The notes beneath the pieces are model-generated. The model saw only the letters and a program-made list of their open reading frames with translations, made no database searches and was not told the DNA's origin. This document shows, piece by piece, positions 10,742 to 20,000 of a DNA stretch of 64,000 nt. Source of the DNA: an uncultured Spirochaetota bacterium (lineage in GTDB: Bacteria > Spirochaetota > Brevinematia > Brevinematales > JAOACQ01); the NCBI GenBank assembly GCA_963768055.1, contig CAVYGN010000002.1:1696001-1760000 (forward strand), in the 5' to 3' direction. Each line of letters begins with the position of its first letter. Within the stretch, counting starts at the first letter, position 1. The position numbers and the translations under genes are program-made.

Positions 10742-13700
10742 TGTGGTGGACGAAATTTCACCTTAAAAAACCCATATCATCGATCCTGTTATACAGCATC
10801 ATAATTATGCTTGGCACATTCTGTATACCTCAGCTCAAGTTTACCGTATCCGGGGAGGTTTATTCACCGGTTATAAGCATAAAAACAGAATATTTCGGCA
10901 TGGACAGCAAATATATAGAAAAAAACATTACCATTCCAATTGAAAATGCCGTTTCATCGATCAAGGGTATAAAAAATATTTCATCCGTTTCCGAGGACGG
11001 TCAATCTATCATAATCCTTACCATGAACCCGTCTAGACCGATCAAAATTGCAACCCTTGAGATAAAATCCGCAGTAGATACCGTCAGGGATAAGTTTCCT
11101 GAAGACGTCCAGGAACCTGTAATATCGCATTACGACCCTTCACAAACGCCCGTCATGATCCTCTCCTTTTATTCAGACAGCATACCTCTAAAGGAAGTCA
11201 GAAGGACTGTCGAGGAAAAAGTGAAACCATCGGTCCAGAAAGTTGACGGAGTTGTCGAATGCATAGTTACGGGGGGAGAGCAAAGCGAGATAGCCGTTTT
11301 TGTAAATACAGGCCCGCTTTATAACAGCGGCCTTCAATTAAGGGATATTAGCAGGGGTATACAGCAGAATAATATCAGCAGCTACCTTGGGGATATAAAT
11401 CGGAACGATCTCTCAATGCCGGTTTTTTCCGAGGGCAAATACGAATCATATTATTCTATCGATAAAATTGCGGTTATGGAAAGTGCGACAAACGAATCTG
11501 TTTTTCAGCAGCTTGGAAAAATTGCTACTGTTGAGAATTATCATAAGAGAATAGACAATATTTCCAGGATCAACGGGAAGGAAAGGGTATCTCTTTATAT
11601 CCAGAAGCAGAGCGACGGAAACATTCTGAAAATTTGCAGCGGCATCAGGGACGTTGTCAAGGGTTTCGATTTTAAGAGTATTTCATCGGAAATTGATTTC
11701 GACAAATCGGAAGAAATTTCCGAAGCGTTGAATAACCTTATTTTTTCAATCCTCCTGGGAATCGGCCTTTTATTTATTATAATTACTGTTTTTATCGGCG
11801 GATATGAAAGAGGACTTGCAGCTGTAATTCCTTTGCCGGTTTCTATAGCCGTAACGCTGTTAATTGCTAATATTTTCAAGATTGAGCTGAACAGTATTAT
11901 TATGAGCGGAATAGCTCTAGGGTGCGGACTTCTTGTCAGCGACGGTATTATTATTGTCGAATTTCTGAGTAAAACAAATCCAAAAAATATGAACAGTCAT
12001 ATTTTAAGGAATATTAAATTACTTTTTCCGCCTCTGACGGCTGCGCTTTTTACTACTATCTGCGTATTCATACCTATAATATCCTCAAGCCCTGAAATCC
12101 GTTCGCTGTATACCGGATTTTCTATTATTATTACAATAATGCTTATAGTATCTCTTTTTCTATCGACAGGCATTGTTCCCGTATCGTATCGATTGGCGGT
12201 ACCGGGGATTGGGAATGCAGATGGAAAAAGGACAAATGTCAAAGCAGCGCTGATAAAATTCGAATATTTTTATATAAAACTTCTTAAAGCCTTTTCAAAA
12301 CATAAAAAATTTTTTTTCGGATTGACAATATTCTTGACCCTTTTTTCTATAACCGCTGTTTTTCTCAGGGGTAAAAGCCTGTCTTCATCGGATGTAATAA
12401 AAGAGGTTTACGCCTACATTGAGCCGGCTGCAGGCACAAGCATAGAGGCAACCGACGATCTTGCAAAGCAGGCTGAAGATATTTTTATAAAACAGGAAGA
12501 AATAAAAAAAGTGATAACGAAGGTTGAAAAAGCCCATTCTGAAATAATCCTTAAGTTAAAAAGAGAATGGCGTGAAAAAGAACTGGAAAAACAGATAGCT
12601 TCCTGGAAAAATGCTCTATCCGCAGTGAACGCATTCATATACTTTACTTACGGCGAATCGGACAATAACAATTCAGAGATCAATATAATGTTCATAGGAG
12701 ATGATATTGCAAGCATAAAGGAAATCAGTAAGCAAGCGGCAAGAAAAATTTTTACGTTGCCTTATTTTTCAGAAGTGCTGCTCCGTTACAAGGACGATTC
12801 GCCTGTATATATTCTCACACCTGATTTAAATAAGATCCAGATATCGGGCTTAAGCTTAAAAGAAATATCAGATGAAGCAAGAACATATTTATACGGGATT
12901 ATTTCGTCCAAATTAAATCCTGAAAATCAGGGTATGATGGATATAAGGGTAGCATCAATGATTTCAAGGGATAATAAAGTCCTGATGGACGATTTTTTAA
13001 ATATTGTTATCAGGAACGGCGAGGGGGGCCTTATACCAATCCGGGAATTATTTTCAGTCACAAAAGCGACAACATCGTCTAAGATTTACCGCTACAATAA
13101 ACGAAGGAACTTTTCAATCACCGCAAGACTTAAAGCCGGAATTAACCTCAGTACCGGTATAAATGCGATTAAAACATGCCTCGACCCCTTTCAAATGCCT
13201 GAAGGCTACTACTGGCAGTTCGACGAGAAATATGAAGCGCTTTCAAAAAATACAAATTCAATGCTCATAGCGGTAATTGCAGCCATATATCTTACCTTTG
13301 TTACTTTAGTGATATGCTACGAAGGTTTTAGAAAAGCTTTTATGACAATCCCCGTCATTCTTCTCTCTTTTATAGGCATAGCCCCGGCTCTATCAATTCT
13401 TGGCATAAATCTTTCAACTCCTGTTTATATCGGCATCATCCTTCTTTCAGGAACGACTGTAAAAAACAGCGTGCTTTTACTTTCAAATATAAAAAATCAT
13501 GAAAATTCCGTACAAATATTTCATAAATGCAGGAAAAGCCTGAATTCGATATGTCTTACGACGCTTGCAACGATTATAGGGCTTATTCCTCTGATTTTTA
13601 CCGGCGGGAACGGGCAGTATATCTGGAAACCGTTTGCGATCACAGTAGTATCGGGGCTTATAAGTTCGACAGTATTATGCCTTATAATTGTGCCGCTCCT

Positions 13701-13749
13701 TGCCGAAAATACCTATAAATCTTTAATTCCAAAACCAAAACAAATTTAA
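10738..13749 (+). CDS. RND efflux permease, divergent subunit 2
   Basis: 1003 aa; ITIPIENAVS, SRINGKERVSL, W.PFAITVVSGL; ATGA overlap with subunit 1. Confidence 0.85.
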   Translation: MMWWTKFHLKKPISSILLYSIIIMLGTFCIPQLKFTVSGEVYSPVISIKTEYFGMDSKYIEKNITIPIENAVSSIKGIKNISSVSEDGQSIIILTMNPSRPIKIATLEIKSAVDTVRDKFPEDVQEPVISHYDPSQTPVMILSFYSDSIPLKEVRRTVEEKVKPSVQKVDGVVECIVTGGEQSEIAVFVNTGPLYNSGLQLRDISRGIQQNNISSYLGDINRNDLSMPVFSEGKYESYYSIDKIAVMESATNESVFQQLGKIATVENYHKRIDNISRINGKERVSLYIQKQSDGNILKICSGIRDVVKGFDFKSISSEIDFDKSEEISEALNNLIFSILLGIGLLFIIITVFIGGYERGLAAVIPLPVSIAVTLLIANIFKIELNSIIMSGIALGCGLLVSDGIIIVEFLSKTNPKNMNSHILRNIKLLFPPLTAALFTTICVFIPIISSSPEIRSLYTGFSIIITIMLIVSLFLSTGIVPVSYRLAVPGIGNADGKRTNVKAALIKFEYFYIKLLKAFSKHKKFFFGLTIFLTLFSITAVFLRGKSLSSSDVIKEVYAYIEPAAGTSIEATDDLAKQAEDIFIKQEEIKKVITKVEKAHSEIILKLKREWREKELEKQIASWKNALSAVNAFIYFTYGESDNNNSEINIMFIGDDIASIKEISKQAARKIFTLPYFSEVLLRYKDDSPVYILTPDLNKIQISGLSLKEISDEARTYLYGIISSKLNPENQGMMDIRVASMISRDNKVLMDDFLNIVIRNGEGGLIPIRELFSVTKATTSSKIYRYNKRRNFSITARLKAGINLSTGINAIKTCLDPFQMPEGYYWQFDEKYEALSKNTNSMLIAVIAAIYLTFVTLVICYEGFRKAFMTIPVILLSFIGIAPALSILGINLSTPVYIGIILLSGTTVKNSVLLLSNIKNHENSVQIFHKCRKSLNSICLTTLATIIGLIPLIFTGGNGQYIWKPFAITVVSGLISSTVLCLIIVPLLAENTYKSLIPKPKQI

Positions 13750-13773
13750 TTAGGTAGGAATTAAAATATTTTA

Positions 13774-13865
13774 AGGCAAAAAAGTACTCAAGAGCTAAAA
13801 AAAGGTACCCGAGTACTATTGACTATCTGTGATCATATTTTATATAATTTACGCCATTAAAAAAT
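13774..13865 (+). promoter_or_regulatory. duplicated promoter block, copy B
   Basis: TTGACT 13819-13824, 18 bp, TATAAT 13843-13848; 85/92 identical to 231-322; a second candidate promoter TTGACA-17-TACGAT lies at 13930-13958. Confidence 0.7.
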
Positions 13866-14026
13866 CATTTTAATGGTGAATTTAGTAAGAAAGCTGAGGT
13901 AAGATACTTCTGAATGTTTGAATGCAAGCTTGACAAATTATTTTATTTCTTGTACGATTTTGTTAAAAATATAACAATTTAAAATATACCTAGAAATAAT
14001 TATAATTATCCGGTCTCGAGGTATTT

Positions 14027-17000
14027 ATGAAAATTAAAGGTTTATTAAATGAAAAATGGGGAATATTACTGTCTTTATACCTTGCGATTATCTTTTCATT
14101 TATCCCCGGCATCCTTAGACCACAAGAAAAATTCAACAGTTTCGACAATAAGGAGATGCAAAGCGAGCTTATATACGGCGATAATATAAAAAACGATGCG
14201 GACTGGCAGAACTATTCAAAGGGTGTAGAGCAGAAATTAGAAGGGGATTGGGAAACTTCCGCTTTAAATGAACTTATGCAACAGCTTGGTTTGACTGAAC
14301 ATGAGGCAATGTCCAATTCCGATTTTATAACCGCTAAAACGAACTGGGAAGCCCAGGCAAGCAATGTCATCCAGCAGATGTACGGATCGTGGCTGGCGCA
14401 AAACAAATGGAATTATGCGGTAAACGGGAGCGCAATAAGACAGTTTATAGTTCAGTATGTATGGGAAGATCAGAACGATACATCGAATATAACCGCAAAC
14501 ATATTAAGTATGCAGACCAATGTGGATGCGGAATGGTCGAATTACCTTATCTGTTACCAGGCCGGCCTCAGCGATTATCTTAATTACCTCGAAACGAATA
14601 CTCAGAATATATCATCAACCGCTATGGAGAATTATTTAGATGCTATCCAGGCTACAGCCAAGGCGCAGATGGCGGCGGCTTCCGATATAGGAAGCGAATT
14701 TATCGCACTGGAAGAAGGACAGTATATAAAATATATGGCAAGTTTTCTCGCCTACCAGCAATTCATATCCAATAACTCCCTTATAACGAACGGATTGCAA
14801 TTATCGAATAATATGGTTTCGTACATTAGCAATGCTGCGGATGCGGCAAGCAATGTAAACAGTCCTCTGACAATAGCGGAAAACGTCATACAATCCATGG
14901 ACAGCAACGAAGCCGAGATAGCCGGGCTTCTGGCAATGCCGACAAATTTCACCGATTCACCGGCAGTCGGGATAAGCGAGTGGAAAAGCATGGTCGAACA
15001 GGACTACACGGCCGGCATAAGCGAATGGGACGCGGCGATCGCGAACCTCAGCAACAGCATGATCATTTGGGAAAATAACGCTGAAAACGGATATACGAAC
15101 GGGCTCACGGAATGGGAGAATTCATACTTTATGTTAATCAGCGCCGAAATGGATTTCCAGTCCAATGTCACAGCCGACCTGACCAACAGCGAAGCCGTCT
15201 GGGGCTCGAACATCAGCGCCCAGTATGACAGCCTTAACCTCATGATAGGCACAATGACAAACCTTACGGCCCGGAATATCGATAATTTCAACAGCTACGA
15301 AAGCGGCCTGATGAATGTCCTGGTAAACGGCTCTTACGCGCTTAATGAACTGAATAAGAGCCTCGATTGGATCTCAAATACATTGAGCGTCGATGAAATT
15401 TCGAATAATTACTATTCAAATTTATACGCATCGGACATGGCTAAATCGAATCTTGATGAAAGCGAGCTAAGTTCTTCGAATACTCTTCTATCGCTATTCA
15501 ATAATTGCCAGTCCATTCTCGAACCTCTCATGGTCCTGACCGGCACCAACCGTTATTTCCAGGGAGGGGAAGGAGGAGTTGAAGCTGTTCCTGCTTACAG
15601 CGCTTCAACTAATATCGACGGTTATACCCTGACTTACAGCGGCGATAGTTATAATAATTCTTATACGGTGAACGGCAACGAAATTTATTACACCGCAAAC
15701 GGCTTTTCGTTTGAAAACAGCGAACCCGTCATGATTATAAAGTCATACATCAATAGTATTCAAAGCGATCTTAATTCAATTCAAAATGCAATACAAACCA
15801 ACAAATGGTATTATCGTCACTACTCGTCTGAAATTGGTTCCCTGAACAATGTCCTGGGAGAATGCGGGACAAATCTCGGCGCCGTGATCGGCAATGCGGC
15901 CGCCGACCTGAATTCCGAATTATATTCCGGCGATCCCGGAGCGGGAGTTCTCGCAAACGCGCTATCCAACACCGCGGATATTTACCTAATGAACAGCGCG
16001 GAAATGGATTACGCGTCCCAGCAGGACCAGGTTAACTACCTTAAACAGAACCTGGGGATAGCGCAGGCGGTCATGGATTACGCCGTTTCAAACTCCGGCG
16101 GAGGCGATATACTCAGCGCATCGAATACTTACGAAGCTGCGGTTTCGAATTATGACGTATCGACGAACGAACTTGAGGCGGAACAGGCTGCCGCCGATAG
16201 CGCTGACGTTGCAATGACAAACTATATGGAAAATATAAACGCGGCCCAGACGAATATGATCGCGGACCAGAGCAATTGCGGTATTGCACAATCCAATTAT
16301 AACGCATTCGTGACCATCCAAACAAATTTGGATTACTTTACAAGCAAGGAATATTCAAACCTTATTAATTCAAATGAAAACGCTCAGAACATTTTGTCGA
16401 ATGATTCCATTGCATATTATAGCTGCCTTGCATATTATACCGGCCTTGTCAAGGATTACTACAACGCGCTGGAGCAGGAATCGTTTACGAACAGCCTGGC
16501 CATGTCGAATTATATAACGGTAAGGGAGGACCTCGGAATTCTCGAGTGGGCCCTTATGCCGGGGATGCTCGGGATAGATAATACTTCGAACGCCTATGTA
16601 TCGGTTGCGAACTACATTAATCCGGTTTCGGATTATTCCAACGCCCTGCAGCTTTACGACACTGCGGAGAACGGGCTGGCCCGGACAAGCAATCTCATAA
16701 TAGCGGAAGAAACTCTTCCGGCAAACATGCAATCCGAGGTTAACAATTTCATCGGCGACTACAGCGATTATAGTAAACTGATGAATTTTGCCCAATCATT
16801 TATGAACCAGGAGCAGACGGTATATCAGTCGCTTGAAGGTGCTAAAAGTACTTATGATCGTGATGCTACGAATTCTTTCGGACTGTCTGCTGACGATATA
16901 GCCAGCGATCCGGTATATGCCGATGTTGTTAAGAAGATGAGCGCGGGTGCCTATACGCCTGCCGATATTATTACTATGCTTAACAACGAGATAGGCGTAA

Positions 17001-20000
17001 CCGGGGCTAACAGCGATATTTCACAGGATGAGCTTAATATAACACGCACCACAATATTGGACGATTTTTATAAGTATGTTAATACTCCTGAAGAAAGCCT
17101 TTATGAACTCGCTTTCGGGATAAGGTCCTACGATTATTTTACGAATATAGCGGGCGCGAATCTTACGGCGTTCGACAACCTCGTACACACGACTTTTCTT
17201 TCCGGCCGCGTCGATAATTCCCTGCTCAACCCCGGAGCATACGTCGACGTCCAGGGATATATAGACGGGCTTACGGCCCTTCTGTCAACCCCCGGACTCG
17301 ATCCGAATATGTCGAATGTTATCAATAACCTCGCTAATGTTCTTGCTCCCGAAGGCTCCTATTTCCAGCTTAGCAGGGGGTATATTCCTGCCATAACCAA
17401 TGTAAATATAACCCCGGCGAACACAAATTGGCCTCAGGAGGCGCCTCAGCCCATCATTACACCAGCCGTGACTAATATCACGATATCCCGACTCGGCGGA
17501 TATTATGCAGACGATACCTTCTATAATGTCAACACTAACAACGGGCGTGAGAAGATATCCGATTTATTCAAAGGCTTTATCGAAACAAACAATTCTGTTA
17601 CATATTCATGGGCGACAGTGAATCCCAATAATTACTTTGATTACAACGGCTATTATGGGAACTGGTCATATTATAATTCAGTGCTGCTGGGAATCGAGAA
17701 AAATGAAGAAACGACAATTGTAATGCCCCTGATGTCAACAATGACTAATAACCTGGCCGGAGTAATGTCGGACTGGAACGATTATTCGAACAAGAACGCC
17801 GGGTTCGCGCAGTACACTGTTTCCGGCATGGGACATTTCGTCAATTCTTCAGGGGGCATAGATGTAACAGCCGGCAATAACGGTTTTCTAAAATCGTTCA
17901 AGAACTCGCTCTCCCGGGTTTCGAATTTTTCAATCGCTCAATCCTGGCTGGCAAATACCGGCGTTTTTAATGCCGAAGAGGCTTATATAGCGGATAACCT
18001 TAGCCTGGGCAATGCCGGGACAAACGACATCGGAAGGATACTTGAAGTGTTTGAAAACGCTTTTAAGTTATATATAAATTCGGAACAATCCAATATTCAG
18101 AACGATCCCGCGTTTACAACAAACAATGACATGAAGTTATTTATTACAACTATGCTCAGCGGCGCATATTCCAACGCGGTATTCAGAGCTTCGGATGAGG
18201 CTCAACCATCATTCGTAGACGCTGCCGAGAATGCCGGCAGCCTAGCCCCGGAGGCTTTCGACATAGCCTTCCAGCAGCAGGAAACCCTGCAGGTCGATAA
18301 GTGGGCGTATATATTAACAAATATGCAGGACCAGGCGAATAGTGAAGCCGAAATGTGGGTCAATATATACAGCGCCGGAACAGAGCAGTGGAACGGGGTA
18401 ATTAACCAGTACACCAATGCAATGAGCGATTGGCAAAGCTCTTATCTGCAGGCCTGGAACAACGGGAACCAGGAATGGAACGATCAGATGAACGGCCTTA
18501 CCGGGGATAAAGCGGCTTGGATGAATGAAGCGATAAATGCTGTAAGCAACGGAAGTTCCGATTATATTCTGGACCAGCTTATGCAGTCAATCGACCAGAG
18601 GACATCGCAGTTCTTAAGCGGAGGCCTTCCTGAAGACGTCGCTTCGGCGGTCAAGAACGAGGCTTTAGACCTGGAAAACGAATTGATGCCGAAAACAAGC
18701 GAAGAATACCTGTCGTTTTTCAATAACGCGGTATCGCAGTCGAGGGAGACGGATGTAAAATTCGTACTTGACGGCATAGCCGGATATACCGGAAACGATA
18801 ACGAAACCCTCGCCCAGTTCAATAACGATATGACGGCTTTCAAGAACAGCCAGCTCGCCATAGAAGCCATAAAAATGAGGGATCAATTCGTTACCACAAT
18901 ACAGCAGTATGTCGACCAGATGAATAATACATTGGCAAGCGACGACCAGAACGAGCGGAGCAGCGAATTCTACCCGATGATCTCGGCAAAGGGCTGGACG
19001 CTCGACGGAAGCGACTGGGTCAAGAGGGGCGTGATCGTACATTCCACAATGCTCGGCGGAAACCAGCTGGAGGACTTTTCATTTGCGGATTACCAGAGTT
19101 TTACAAACCGGCTCAATTTCATAAACTACGCACCAAGCAACGTAATATCGGAGATCAACGGCGAGCAGACGGAGTACAACCTGCTCTTAGCTATGGAGGA
19201 AAGCGATATACAGGGCGATATGAGCAATACCATGGACGCTTTCGATAAACATATAGGCTCGTCGTATACGTATACGTCGAAGCCGGACATATACTCCGAC
19301 GGTACATACGACAGCCAGGGCGAACTGTACAGGACCTCATGGGCCACGACATATTACGGATACCTGCAGACGGAAGGATTGTCGGAGTCCGAAAAACCCT
19401 TCTGGGACCAAAACCTGGCCCCGGGGATAGACATATCGTTCTATTCGCTGAACGAGATCGGTCTTGCAATCGCACTTAACTTTATACCGGGTATGGGAAC
19501 TGTTGCATCAGCAGCTATATTAGCGGGCATGGCCATGACGCATGATATTGTGGATGCCGCCGCAGAACTGGGGACCGTGAACCAGGTATCCAACAGCCAG
19601 CTTGGAATAGACCTCCTCAAGGACACCATAAGCGGCGTGACAACTATGGCTACGGCGGGAATAGGTTCGGCCGCCCTCGGCGTTGTTGGAAGCGCGGTAC
19701 TTTCCACCGGCGTGCAGGACCTGAGCGGCCTGGCCGAGGAAGGACTTCACGTCAATTCGAGCGGAGATATTGATTGGAGCATGACCTCCTCGCAGTGGGG
19801 AAGCTGGGGAATGTCAAGCCTCGGTGACCTCGCAGGATCAGTCGCGGGGGCGGGGCTGGGCTCGGCGTTCGGAGGATTTGCCCAGGATGCGACCGGATTC
19901 ATGGGAGACGACCTCAGCAGCGCGTTCGGAAACGGAATACAGAATTTTACCACGTCATTCTTCACCAACACCTTCTCGACCCTCGGAAGCAATCTTGGCG

